Part shown: positions 26,815 to 41,300 of the stretch, one piece after another
How the letters are laid out: each line of letters begins with the position of its first letter
Position numbering within the stretch: position 1 is the first letter of the stretch
Source of the DNA: Ptychomitrium polyphyllum
Taxonomy: Eukaryota
Length of the DNA: 64,000 nucleotides
NCBI GenBank assembly: GCA_973851085.1
Contig: OZ316775.1
Location: 8,370,001-8,434,000 of the forward strand
Direction: 5' to 3'
The notes under the pieces: model-generated
What the model was told of the DNA's origin: nothing
Seen by the model: the letters and a program-made list of their open reading frames with translations, nothing else
The model's database searches: none
Made by a program: the position numbers and the translations under genes

Positions 26815-28210
26815 GGCACAAAATTGTCTGAAAAGAAGTAGGTTGTCAACTGATGCTAGGATCCTATCGTAATCTGCAAGCGGCGAGATAGTACACTAAT
26901 CTATAACGTCGTACACTGGCCATATGGCCAGAAGAGAAGGCTTTGTCGCTGCCGATGGTGTCAAAGTTGCAATTTGCATCTCCCGTTTAGAAATCAAGAA
27001 GCTAAAATCAGGGCTTCCGCTGTCTAATGCAAAAAATCCTATTCCCTGCAGCACCAAATACAAAACATCCGTATCAATTCCGAATACAAATCCCACAACC
27101 AGATGATTTCAGATTTTTCCCCTTCTAAGGACGAATGCAAGTGCCCATGGCCATCGTCATAACATAATAGTCTGAAATTTCTCGAAAGAAGGCTACAGTA
27201 TCTCTCATCATTCCCTGATAAAACACGTAAATAATTTCAGTATAGACAATAGCTAAAACCCCAATCATGGTGTTCTTGAGTTCAAATCTCGACATCACGG
27301 TCAAATCAACCTTGCTGCCGGTTCGTTCTCAGCCTCTACAACACAACCTTCCACCCTTTTAATACATAATAAACTCACATGTGGTTATTTCCTCTACAAG
27401 TGTGTTTCAATAATAAGTGCAAAATCCGCAAGGAGTTAAACTCGAAGCAACAAAAACCGGCCCTTACACCTTTTGGAAAAATCGGAACTCAATATAAGAC
27501 ACCAAACTCTAGACCTAATGAGTTTCTTCCAAAAATAGAACGAACCATAATTACAAGTAGCACAGCGCGGTCCATTCCTTAATCCCACGGAACCAGCGGA
27601 ATCAAACGCGACGTTTTCAGGCCTGTCAAAACCTACACAATGAATATCAATTTGTTTTCATATGAGGAGACACGCACACAACCTCTGAGGGAGCTGCAAC
27701 TGCAACCCCATCCAAATGCATTTAGTTACACCAAGAAAGGACCAGCAATTCAAAACAGAAACAAAAACACATACTCTGCTGCCAAAACTTACCCAATCCA
27801 CCTCTCCCCAACCCCGCTCCCTACCACCGTCGCTCTCTTCTTCACCTTAAACATCAACAACCATGAAGACTTAAAACATAAACCCAGAAAGAACGAAGAG
27901 TGAGTTTCCTAAGGGAACCTCATAACCATCCCAAAACCATCATAAAACACTCGCATCGCTTCTCTCACCTAGTTAGTAAAGTCCCAAGAACCAGCGTCAC
28001 CAGTTCATCAGCTCCCCAGACTCACATGAGACTGAGAAATGAACGCTGGAGCAGCAAAGGCGCCATCTTGTGCTCTTAGATGAGACGAGAGCCTCAGAGC
28101 AGAGACAAGATCATCCCAGCACCCTCACAACGCATTCATCGCCATGCAGCGAACACGCTCGGGAAGAATAATACACGAGCATTGCTGTTAGTGACGAGAA
28201 AGCAGGACGA

Positions 28211-28240
28211 GCGGGATGCGGGATGCGGGATGCTGGATGC
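28211..28240. repeat. 7-bp tandem repeat (GCGGGAT)n upstream of the transporter
   Basis: gcgggat gcgggat gcgggat gctggat gc read directly. Confidence 0.7.
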
Positions 28241-29342
28241 CTGGCCTTGGGTGGTCCGCCTGTCATTGCAATTTGGGATTCGCATGGGTATTTAAACATG
28301 GCAGTCAGGCACTGGGCTTTCGAAAGGTGCACATGGAGAATGTAGCCGCCAGACAGACCGCCTAGACGATCAACTTATGCCTTGTGTTACCTACTGTAAC
28401 AGAACCGTGATTGGCAGGTATCTTAGCAGTCAGAGTTTGATGGTAGCATAATTATAACGAAACCATGGACAGTAGGCATGTCACATGTGTCATGTGATTG
28501 GTGTGAGTGGGTGCTGACAATGGAATGCCAGTTTGGCTCTTGAGTTGAGGCTCTACTGTGGCTACGCTCCTTTCCGCATCTCGAATAAAGTTGTTATGTC
28601 GATGCCAATCTGGCAGCTCTTGTGCACGTCATGGCTCGACCACAAATGGTCCCAGGGGGCTGCACAGTCGCTGCCAAATCTAGTCACTCGCCACGTAAGT
28701 CTGAGTGCTAAAGTAGTGATACAGTATTGCAGACATGTACGGGAGATGGGCCGCATTCTTATCACCGGTGCGCTTTTTACTCTTGCATGCGGTGGTACAG
28801 TTTTTTTCCCCCAAAATTCTATTGAGTCTTAATTTAATCATTTCATTCACAAGACACATGGGTAATATCACTACACTAATGCAAAGAAATTCAATTCTTT
28901 TTGAGGTGCAAACACAAGAAACACAAAAGCGGCCGCTTTTGAAAGTGAGCCCCACAATTCTTCCAATGCGTAAGGAGGGGCACAAGTATTATATACACTC
29001 ATGATAAAACTATAACTAGAGAGAGATAACTCGCTTGAATAATGGTACGAACCATTTTCAAAGCCTGACCCTATGAATAACCTGCTGGAATTCCAACAAG
29101 GTTTAGAGAATGATCTGAACTAAACCTAACGCTTAATGTGCAATGTGCATACACATGACCAATGTCTAAATCTCAATTGTAGACAAGATCCATCCCCATG
29201 CATAGGACCAGTGTAATACAACGAGCTTGCATCACTGTGTTGTGCTTTGCCGAGCGCTTCAAAACTTCTTACGCTAAGACCATGTATAAACAGTCAAAAA
29301 TCTAACTTTAAGAAAGAGAAGAACGAAGAAAGATTACATTGG

Positions 29343-32300
29343 TCAATGGTTTCCCTTAGCAGCTTCCTCTTTGCGTATTCTCGCTTCTTCCTCCTTGTTG
29401 TAAATTGCATTCAATTGCCGCTCCAGCTGTCAGTTTCAAGCACATATAAAACTTTAGTTGGAAAAGCAATGAACAACTGACCTGTACGCATGCCGCAACC
29501 TATACACGCATCACAGAATTTTCGCTTTCCAGTTTCTCAAAGTGATTCCACATAGGATCTCATTGAAGTAGGCAAACTTAAACGCAAGATATCAAGGTAC
29601 TTACTGTAATATTCCTCATTTTCAGAACCTGCTGTTCGTCCAGAAGCTGAGAGAGCTTGCTCTGCAATTCAGCAATTTGCTGAAGAAAGTCTCTTTCCCT
29701 TTCACTTTGAATATCTACCACCTGCAATACAGCATCCAGAAAACATAAGCCACATATTCATTTCCAACCGAAACAATTGAATGTACATTGCTAACGCAAG
29801 GGCCTCAAGTTTCTAAAGAGGGAAAGAGCATGGGTCTAATATAGATATTTCTCCTTTTCTAATTTAACAGCCACAAACTCAAAATGAAATTCCTACCGAA
29901 TAATCACTGCCAGCATTAATACTCGAGTTCCGCTTCAAGGCATTGCATGAGCGCAGAGCTGTTAAACACAAATGTAAGTAACTACATCCAACAACATCAT
30001 GTGTTTCACATATTCAAGTTTAGACCTCCATATATAGGTTCCAATACTAAGAAAGATATTGAATTCACACGTTCGTCATTAAGCTATGTAGCTGGTCATA
30101 AAGCTGTCACAATCTACTCAGTTAAAATGATGCATAACAAAACTTAATCTGCACAACACAATTCTTTTGTTCAATTACTATAAACTGCCCAAAAGTGTAA
30201 AGATGAAATGAGAACAGATTTAAGCAAATCATAAATGGTGTCAAAAAAAAATTGGATTGCATCAGCTTTTGTAAGCAGGTATGCACATTTAACTGAATCA
30301 TCCTACAGTTCTCAGCCAGCGAATTAGTTTCAACCGTCGTCACCAAACAAAAATGAAGAGTAACAAGGTGAGAGCTACTCACTATTAGCACCCTCAGTTG
30401 AATTAATATTGTTCAGAATGTGTGTAAGGGCATCCTGCAAGTTAAGGCATGACCATCGCTGAATCAGACATATATCGTGATGCTGTAACGCACTGCTCAC
30501 CTAGCATTGAACTAATTAATAGACATTGTCACATTCAAAGAAAGATACATATGATACTTCTTAGTGGTTATAGTTACAGAAACAAGCAGATATAGTAGGG
30601 AGATGATAATCTTCAAAAAAAGTTCTATGGGCACTCAAACCTAAGCGAGTTGTCACATGTATACACAGTGACTTTATAAATGAAGAACATTCAAAAAGAC
30701 GAGTGCTAAACAGAGACCTGTTGCATGATAGCAAGATGCAGTACATTCTGCAGGTGTGTCACAATGGGCCCAACTGACACAGATGCTCCGTTGAGATTTG
30801 ATGATGATGAGGGTGCTGGAATACATAGCTGCTGCTGTGACCCCTGCAGCATCAAATACTATTACATCAGCATCAGCATTCTAACATACATCCACTCTGG
30901 CTAAGTTCTTTCAAATTAAAAAACACAAACTTATAAGCGAAACTATATGCTGTAGATCAATATCGGTACAAGTTCAACCAACCTGTGAGCTCATGTTTCG
31001 CTTAGAGTTGACATGTGGTGGATCCTACACAGCACCATAGAAAAAGGACCGTCGTTGTTATTGGATGCTGTGGCAAGAAGATAGTCTCCATAAAGCAGCG
31101 AACACAAGCTACACAGCGTATAACTCTATCTAACTGCTACAACTTATGTAGATTATGTCTAGAACTGAATGGTTCTATAGTAGAACACAACATGCTTAAT
31201 AACATACATAAATCAATAAATTATCAGAATTCAAGAACCACCGCACATAAACAGAAATCTACGAAACAACAAGCCTGCGGCCACCATTTCAGTGATACCA
31301 AAAGGCCAGCAAGAATCTGCATGGTTTGGGAGGGTCAGGCATGCTGTACAAAGAAAACGAAACAAACAACAACTCGCTGCGGGTCTAAGAACTAAATCAT
31401 ACACAGGTAAACCTCCATTACTTGAAAACCATTACCTCCAATTCTTCATCATCGGATGTGACTGAAAAACGACCTTTCTGAACCACTGGCACTTTCTGTA
31501 CAGGTCCCTTTAATCGCTCCTCCGATCCATCCTTAGTAACTATACCTTGTCAAATACACGTACACACGTAAAATCACCTTGAATATCAGATGAAAAACGA
31601 GTTAGTCAACTTGCACAAACCTGGCGATAGTCGTCCTAAAACCAAACTGCCTCTATGTTTTCCGTCACCTTTTAACTGACCACTCCTGACCAAAATGTGA
31701 AAGCATGCCGCAATATCTGAGAGAAACGATGTTCAGCAGAGAAATTCACATACCACTGGGAGGCTTGGAAATCGCAGGAACTCCGTTTGCTGGTCGCTCA
31801 CCAATAGGCATCAATGGTCCGCTAAAAACTCCACGATCCCCTACTCTTCCTCCCTGACGATGCTCCCTGTACAGAGCAGAATCTAAGTAAACAACAAATC
31901 ATCTCTCAACGCACAACAATACTTTTAATTGCAGAATGGTAAGCAATTGGACAGTCTTGTCACTCTCGAATTTAATCGGTTCAAGGGGCCCTTGCAAACA
32001 TACAAAAAACTCTTGAAACCTGCAGAACTGTAAGGAAGACTCTCAAGACAATTGACTAGTGATGCAGCCACCAAGAGCTTCGAACTTTCCAAAATACTTG
32101 GTAAACCATAATAAACTCGTCAACCACGATTCCCACATCCAGAAACAACAATATAGGATGGATAAAAGAATGAAACAAGTGAAAAGTAGTGACCTCTCTC
32201 GATCTTCATCTCGTCCACGTGCGCTAGCTAGAACTCGTTCGGGTATGAGGGGACCACTAAAACCTTTACGACCCTCATCTCTACCCTTTTCTTCGGAAAA

Positions 32301-35300
32301 CTTGCGCTCCCTCTTCTCCTCACGGCATTCCTTTTCATCAAAGTTTCGTTGATGCAACTCTTCATGATCTTTACTAAGTTGTTCTCGTTCATCCATTTTA
32401 CGATGATCACTCCTAGGTGAACCATACCAGCCGGGAGACTCCAAGTCGTTATCGTCTTCAAAAACATCAAACCGGCCTCTGCAACCCATGCAACACTAGT
32501 GGTCAAACACAAATTTTACACTTTACAACCTTAATGAATATCAAAAATATTACATGTATACCTACAGAAAACACCAATGTGGACAAGCAGAGTCACTACA
32601 ATAGGAGTCAACAAATGCAGGCATTTGAGTCTGAGAGAAAGGGAAACAAGAATCTTATTCTAATGCAATTAGACTACTTCGCACATGTGCTTCGGCTCTC
32701 TCCTGCCAGACGTGCCGACAGATCTGTAAAGAAACACAATAAAGGTCATCGCTTGAACTACAAAAAGTATCACGAAGAAATCATGCCTGGAGTGTTTGTA
32801 CCAACATATATAAAGAATGAACACCACACATCTCAAAACACCCAGATTATATGGTCATTCGATACACCTACATGGCCTTTACCAACCAGGGATGACATGC
32901 AACACTAAATAGACCATGACAAGCACCGCATAATCCCTCGGCATTTAGTACTCTACATGGACAAGAAACTCTCTTCTGCAAAAAGATGAAACTGGAGTAG
33001 CTGCTGCACAGGATGGATATCAGACCTTACAGCAGATTTTGAAGCGGGACAATTACGAGGAGTTGTTAAATTACCACCGTTCTACACATGGAAATCACCT
33101 CCAACCAGAAAGCCAGGATATGCTGGAGAAACCATTACAGTACTTACATTTGCCCATTGGTAGATTTTGCAGATTGCACAGGGCTTGGAAGAGGTCCTGA
33201 TCGAACCCTTGTCACATGATCATCAGCCTGTGGATTTATAAGGGCAAGTTACTAATAAGGGCAACATTGAATTCCCACATCCTGCAGCTTGACCACATCA
33301 AAGCATTGTTTTCTCAGCAACAACAAATTCAGAAAGCCAACCAAACACTGTTCACCAATGTTAAATAGTAGTCAAAACCAAGTTAGTAAGGACTTACATC
33401 ATTTGCAGTTTCGACTTTTAGAGAGTGTATTATGACTGGCAGCTGTGCTTGGTCAGGAGAATATCCAGAATCTGGAAGCCCTGGTTCAGAAGAATGGAAG
33501 TGGGAAGAAGACTCTACAAATTCGTCACCCTCCTTCACTGGCTGAGGCGGAGTATCATCGTCTGGGATCTGGCAACAGCAAATAATAAGAGAAAGTGAAC
33601 ATGTACATGAGAACATCCAGCTTAGTCTTGAAGACAAGTTACAGACTATAGTTATGATAAAATGTCACTTTTAACGGGCAGGATACACACACGACAGTAA
33701 GAAATAAACAGTCGCTTAACCGACAAGCACAACTTGATAAAATAGAATACAAAACCACATACCAGAGCTGACTGTGCCTTCAAATCTTCGACGTCGAAGT
33801 TCCAACTGCTTACTCCTCTTTGATATTCAGTCTGAAAAAGACACATGAGAACAGGTCAAAACAGCCACATGGGCAAGAGATGTACCCAACAACAGTAACG
33901 AGCAGTATAAGTGACAGCAAGTTTGAACAAGATTAATCATTATGAACGTAAATCTGAAGTAAGTTTTTATAGACACCTGGGACTTCTTTTCTTGCTCGTC
34001 CATATTCTGTTGTGCAGCCGGAGCAGTATCCGCATTCTGAGGGAGGACGCAATTTCAGATCAAACTGGTGGGCGAACATCTGAAGAATATTGCATTCAAG
34101 AAATACAATTTTCACGATGTAGTGCTTAAAATCTTTAGTACCTGGATTGAGTCTGACGAATCCAGTGATTATTTACATTGAACTCTTCAGATCCAAATGT
34201 TCTTGATATAAACGATAAGAATGTTGTTAACGTGGCTCACCTTCAAATTCTTAAATACTTCTCCCAACAGTGGTAAGCCATCAAGAATGTGTCGACAGAT
34301 ATAGTCAGGTGTGCGAGCATGCTTGAAAAAAGAATGTCTGAGCAGCTTCTCTGCCGTTGGGCGTTTGGTAGGCTCTTTAACCAAGCACATTGCAATCATC
34401 TCTTTGAACGACTGGCATGGTCAGAAACGCAAATGTAAGCCCTCGAACAACCAAAAATTCCTTTATGAGCAAACTGATCTCATGAATGGCAGATGTGGAG
34501 TGCATCTCTATATGAACAAATGAATCGGCAAGCACTGTTGTGTATTACCTAAAACAGTAATACTAACCTTAGAGAACCGGACTCTGTCTCGTTCGTTGTC
34601 AAGTGCTGGAGGACTATTTTGAAGTGTCATAAGTAGAACCTAACCAAAAAACTTGTGACGTGAGTTGCGAAGATGCTGAAGTGGAAAGCGCTCATAATTT
34701 AACTCCACACATTCAATTTCAACCTATAAAAGTTACAAATGATTTTCATGAACAGTACCTTCATAGGTGGGTATCTCGAGAAGGGTGCATGACCATGCGC
34801 AAGCTCCAAGGCAGTTATTCCAAAAGACCATATATCAGCTCTGCAAAGAATCACAAAAGCCAAGAAAATTTGTAAGTCCCAGGATGTATGCCCAGTCAGA
34901 TGAGAGACAGCATGTCTATCTTCCAAAGTCCAACATTAGCTTGGTCAAGTTTTAGAACAGCATTAATATCAACCTAGTTGTCTAGGTGCAACTTCATAAT
35001 ACACTAACTCATTACCATCATAGTTCTTACTGAAGTGTGAACTTCAATATAAGATGCATAGAACAGTGGGAAACTCCAAGTTTATGGCTAACTATTGAAG
35101 AGGCAATTTGAACAAAAGCAAAGACAATCAAGATCTGATGTAATCTAAAGAAGTAATGAGCATATTAAGCCAGTAATTCTCATTTACCGCTATTACATAC
35201 TAGTAAAACATTATTAATATAGCAAAAATTTACTACACATGTAATACTTTCGTCGTCTGTAGCTCTGAAATCTCTGAATTAATAGCTGCTTCTTAACAAG

Positions 35301-37550
35301 AAGCGGACTACCACAAACCTTCAAGCAGCTAAATCCTTACTTGAAATCGTAACCATGAAGCCCCTCCATTATCTCTGGTGCCATCCTGAACAAACATACA
35401 AGCCAATTAATGGAAGAAACTAAGATAGAAGCAACTCCGTCACATATTCACAGTTCCGCAAATGGCAACCTATAAAAGTATGAGCTCCGGAAGCCGAAGA
35501 ATTTTCCACCTGTAAAGCACAGTTTTGAGATAGCTACAGTTTAAGCACATGAATGTACAGAAAGACCTTCCAAATACTACATGAACTTGAAAAGTAAGGA
35601 AATCACACCAGCAAGGAGTTCCGATAAATGTCTTCCTTGATCGTTGCCGATCCCCTGTATCAAACATACAAGCAGAGACACCAAAATCTCCTAGTTTGAC
35701 AGTACCATTTCCATCCACCAAAATATTCCCAGCCTATCAACAAACATACATCATCTTATAAGCCTGAAGCATAAGCGTACTGCTCTTTACCAGAAAACCT
35801 AGGACAAGTGTATGCTTTCCGTACATTTCTTAATTAACGCGTAAAGGGGATTTCAGGCCTTCCAACAATCCTTTCAAGCAGTAAAAACCAACCAGGAAAG
35901 GCACTACAAAGGTCACAATCATATCCGTACAAATTAAACTATTTCACATAGATAATTCTTCATATGGACCTGCCAAACCTCTAGGTTAGGTGTTTGAGAT
36001 GGTTAAATTGTACCTTAACATCTCTATGGATGTGGCCATGGCGATGGAGGTATTCGATAGCCTTCAATGCCTCCTTTAAGAAGGTAGCAATAGCAGGTTC
36101 ATCAAAGCCATCTGGGAAAGCTGCTTTCATAATTTGAAGACAGGACCCTCCAGCCATGTATGGCATTACGACCCAGAGACTTTGTTCCACAACAAAGGAG
36201 CAGTAGGCCCTCACAACATTAGGATGGTTTATCAAACTCATTGTCACTGCCTCTCGACGGATGTATTCCTGCAACATTGTATTTTCAATAGATCTGCTCT
36301 GTTACAATTTGTAAGAGAAGATAAATATCTCCATGGGAATTGCCATTATTATTGAACATACCTTAAACCCTTCCTATAAGTTGGCCATAACAAGCTCGTA
36401 GATGAAGACCAGGAACCTCCTTAACAGCAAGATGTTGATAAGGTTAAGTCCCATATATTAACCGAGTAGGAACGAATGTCAACCAAACAGAAAACAAAAT
36501 GCTGTCTCTCAACTGGTGGTTATAGATGGCAAGCTCAGAATAAATGAAAAAATCAATTTCCAACATTTCGGTGTAGCAAATTGAGGGACGATGAGAAGAA
36601 TACATGAGAAAACAGCATCTCCGTCAAAATCCGTTCACTTCATAACTTACAATTCACCTCAAAGTTATAGCAAATTCTAGAGGAGAGCATAAAAACCTCG
36701 GGAGGTCTCATGTAAATAACTCCTTGCTACTGATATCTCAATGACGTCCACAAAGATTTGTAAAAACCATTGAATACATTCAGATTACGAGCACCTAAAA
36801 CCCTAACGTTATGTGTCTATTTCAATCCTCTTCAGCATTTCGTGCTTCATATTTTCAACGTAAATGTAGTGAACACAGCATTAATAACCTGAATCTGCCA
36901 CGCTTCAATGAACTACGTAGAGAACGCCAAGAAGTTTGAAACCACCAATATAGGACTCAGCACTATCGTAACAAACTCAGCAGACTAGAGACCCAAGGTA
37001 AGAAGCACCAGAATCCCTGACTCTCTTCCACTGCAATGCACAAAAAACACACCAAAACCAACTTACTCTGAAATTACCACACGACGTTGCTTTCGTCAAA
37101 ATTCCACACGCTCGCTTCAGTTCGGCCAATTAACGAACACAGCAGCCAGGAAGTATAAAGAACACGAGCAAAGACAAAGAAGAAAAATATATTCACTACG
37201 TAGCCTCTCTCCAGAATCCACAGGGCAGCATGAATTCTTACGCCTCAAGCTCCCGCGAGCTCAAATATCACGACGACCTCCGCCTTCACAGCAACCCCGA
37301 ATTCACCACAGACCACAAAAACAACAACATAAAACAGCACGCCAAGATCAGCAGGCGACGACGACGCACTCACCAAACTACTACTGCACTTCTCCAAATC
37401 CAGCACTTTAATGGCGACGACTTCCTTGTGCGGCAAGCACACCGCGCGGTAGACTATAGCGCTGGCGCCCTGGCCTATCTCCTCCAGAAGCTGGTACTCC
37501 GCCGCCACGACGGGGTACACCTTCCGCTCACTCTGCACTCCCCCGTCCAT
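29343..37550 (-). CDS. STE20-family / plant MAP4K Ser/Thr kinase (Fray/OSR1-like subgroup), many exons
   Basis: ATG at 37550 ([32 protein letters not shown]), then [79 protein letters not shown] and [10 protein letters not shown]-terminal coiled-coil exons end [17 protein letters not shown] (TGA 29343-29345). Some middle exons are not fully resolved. Confidence 0.92.
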
Positions 37551-37826
37551 GACGCCGCCCCCCTCCTCAAACTGTCCTCGTACCTGCTCACCCCGCCGCG
37601 CCTCCCAATCGTGAGAGCAGGCTACAACGTCGTCGTCCAACTCATTTCCCAATCAGGCTCACAGCCGCAATGGCAACGAGATCGACCAAGCGCAGCCATC
37701 GCGCCCAGCGCGGCAAGCAGCGTAAAAGCAAAGCGAAGCGAGGTGAGGTGTGCCTTATTCCTTTCGTTCCGGGCGCTGGGACCGTCCTTGTGTTCGGTTG
37801 GTGTGGAGCTGCAACTCCTTCCCACA

Positions 37827-37844
37827 CCCCCCCCCCCCCCCCCC
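37827..37844. repeat. C18/G18 homopolymer upstream of the MAP4K gene
   Basis: 18 consecutive C on + (G on the gene's sense strand). Confidence 0.9.
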
Positions 37845-38399
37845 ACGCATGAGCTGCGAGATTTACAGTCAAACGTATTGCGCTAATTAGGGTTAGCGCC
37901 TAATAGACTCGCCACGCAGTCACCGCTGTGCTGCCCCATGGCCACGCTCGTCGCCCCTGCTCCGCTGTTTCATGACGTTGCTCGATGTGCATGTGGCCTT
38001 CAACGCTATCACCTCCGTTCTGTTCTGGCTCCTCCGTTAACCCTTTAGCGACGCCATCCTTGTGCGCTGCAGATGCCCACACTCCACTTCACAGCGATTG
38101 CCACAACTTCCCGCTGTTCTGTCAACCGAGCTTATTTTTTGCATTTTTCACCGCAGACCTTGTTCTCCACAGGAATTCTCACTAGTTTGTGGTCGTTGCC
38201 AAAACATCGACTCCTTTGATTGGACGATTCCAGAGTTTGACCACAGGATTAGAAGCGTTGACTTGTCCCGGCAGAGTTCGTCTTGCAACTTTTAGATCAC
38301 GAAACATACTGACGCATCCAGGATTTAAATGCATAATTATATGAATAACTTCACATCCATTTAGAATGGTCAAAATGCAAAGAACTTCTTGTCTTCATG

Positions 38400-41300
38400 T
38401 ATTACATATGAAAATTATTTCTTGCCGCCGTCATACTAAGATCTTTCTATCCTTGGCATTTTTATAGAATTAGATCACAAGTTTTTAGAAACATTCTTAA
38501 CTTAACCATCATTGGAGCATTTTTCCATGTATGTGTTTAATAACTAAACGTAGTAGCCAAACTCTATTAAAGTGTATGCAATTTATATAAAGCTTTTTTA
38601 GAAGTTCATTTACTTAGTTAATGAAAAAAATTAGTATCATACACATGATGTTTAATCAAGCAACTTCTCAATTCAGATTTGGATATGCATACATGTTGCC
38701 ATAGAATGATGATGCTTACATAATAATTTATATCCATTGCAGGGTAAGCTCCAACCATATTCATGCTAATGTGATTGTTTCCATCCATAGTGGCATATAT
38801 TTGTAGTCATATTAATGCTAATATGTTACTTTCTATCCACTATGGCATTAGCTCCTACAAACATTGATATTGAAACGGATTATGGATTTGGATCTACAAT
38901 TCTTCTAACATCAATATGCCAAATTGATAGCTGAGTCAAATGATTCAAATTAAAAGATTATATCTTTATAAATTATTAGTTTGTTGTCATATTAAATGTA
39001 ATTTTGTCTTTTCTTTGACACAATAATTTATTTTTTTCATTTTAAACTTTGTCTAGATTTTTTATATTATTCAATTTCTTGCATTTCTACTAATTTCTTA
39101 CTTTTATAAAACAATTTTTCTTTCTTTGGTACTTATTTCTATTAGATTTCTTGCATACTACCCAACTTTTCAAAGCACCTTTTTACAATGCTAGTTTGGA
39201 ACTTTGTATTTACTTTTTCATTTCTAAAGGCATCTTCTTATATCCACGTTTTGACACTATATGTGAGAAATTTGTAAGGAAAATATTGCTTTGTATTACA
39301 AAATAATTTAAGAGTTCTTCCAATTTGAATTAATTATAATTTTGTTTCAATGAACGTACACAAACTTGTAAACAGTACCAAGCCTATTTTAATAACCATA
39401 TAAAATAAGATAACTATCTCATTAGCAACCAACTTACAACAATGTTAAATTCCAAACCAAACAAAACATAATAAAACACAATACAAAAAATAAATCATAT
39501 TATAATCCCATTTACTTATAAACAAAGAGCATGTTTGTAATCATTCCAACATTCTAACCATCATAGGAATAAGCACCTATTCACAAGATTTTTACTTATT
39601 ATAAGTCTAAATGTCTTTGCATTTGCTTGATTTTCAATAAAAACTATGCTACTTTTTTCTTCATTGTAATGAATAATTAATTCAAAGACAATCAAAATAG
39701 CTCATTGTTCTTCATGAATAGCTTGCCAAAGCTACAAATGATTACAATCAAAATATTAGGTTTTATAATTCATCATCCAATTGAATATGAACTTCTTAGC
39801 TTAAACAATTAAAAACTTCGTTCTTAAATTTTGTCAAAGAATGTATTAAATTTGAAGGATGATCAAGAAAGGATAATATAAAGCATTCACAAATTTTACT
39901 TGGCAAGTAAATTGACCAAAATATGAACACTTAGCATTATTGAACAATTTGCCTTATTATTAGTTCCATGTCTAGGATGCAAATGTGCTATAGATGATAT
40001 AAGTTCTTTCTTGTACTAACTACTAGTAAGAAGTTGAAAAATTTGTAAAGTACCACTAGCTTGTAAAGCAATCTAACATAAGAACCTTCCTAATTTACAA
40101 TTCATCTTAAATTTTTTGTAGATTATGAAATTAAAATGCTCATGCTAGCATATGTGAAATATTTCATCAATTCTTTTATACACAAGTTTGTGTAGCTACC
40201 TCTTTTTTTAATAAAAGTTTATTAAATTAAAAAAAATGTCACATAAAAATGTGATACTTTAACAAATATTATGTTTAATGGATTTGTAAAAAAATGTACA
40301 AGGAATTAATTATCAAAGTCTTTGAAGAATGTTTTGTATTCCTTTACATAATAGGAGGTGAGAAATAAGTGTTGCAACAAACTTCATGAATTTTTTAAAA
40401 AGTTTTTATGAATTGTAGAATTATATAGCAAAACTTATATGAGTGCCTATATAATTGTAATTTGTTCAATGGTTGCCATAATTAAGTTGTTCCAAAGTAG
40501 CTCAAATTCATGTATAAGATCTTGTCATAATAACTGCTTTTGATATGAAATTGCATAGCAATATGTCATGCATTTACAAGTGTAAATGCCAAGCCCTGAT
40601 TAAAGCAATATAGAATTGCAAATTGATTCATTTTGTCACATATTATTTTTTCATCTTTTAAATTCTAGTGAAGCTTTAGGCAGTCACAATGAACTTGCAA
40701 TCACAATGAAGCCTTAGCTTTGTTGAACCTTGTCCGTCTTCCACTTATAATTGGAAAAGTTAGTCATTCCAAAAACCTAGGAAGCTTTAGTTATGTCTAC
40801 TTAAAAGAAGAATTCTAAAACAAAAAATTCATGAATGCAATAGCTAGCGTACATGAGTAGTAATAAAATCTTACATGTTTGAAGATTATTATTGTAAGTA
40901 GGAGCTATGAGCTTGTAAAATATTCCATTAAATAGGATTTGGCATAATTGTCTTTGAAGTATTAATCTTTAAATGCCATAATATTCTTAAGGTTGGTTTA
41001 AATATAACCAATCCATTTAATCTAACTCAATTAAATTTTGTAAATGGATGCATAAAAACAATTTGAAATTTTGTCTCCTTTGCTATCAAATTTTTTTATA
41101 TGTAAAATTTTGGATTGGATTTCAAATAGAAATCATCCTAAAACTTGTAATAAGTAATAATTAATGCATCATTAATGCTAATGCATCCTTCATGCATACT
41201 TTTCATTTGTTGAAATAGTTAGCATAGTAATATACTTTATTACAACAATAATTTTCCATTGTTTACAAAGAATATGTATACAATGCAAGTAAATACACAT

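Noticed and set aside
28060..28070. YY1-type CGCCATCTT sites (also ~15360, and ATGGCGGC near 62366) as local targets of the YY1-like factor
   Set aside because: Short motifs expected by chance in 64 kb; one lies in a CDS; the specificity of this protein is unknown.
37551..37652. N-terminal extension of the MAP4K in the ORF track (MGNELDD..)
   Set aside because: It starts at TTG; the first in-frame ATG is at 37550.
37230..37886. 218-aa plus-strand ORF
   Set aside because: Antisense to GC-rich exon 1 and leader of the kinase; no motifs.
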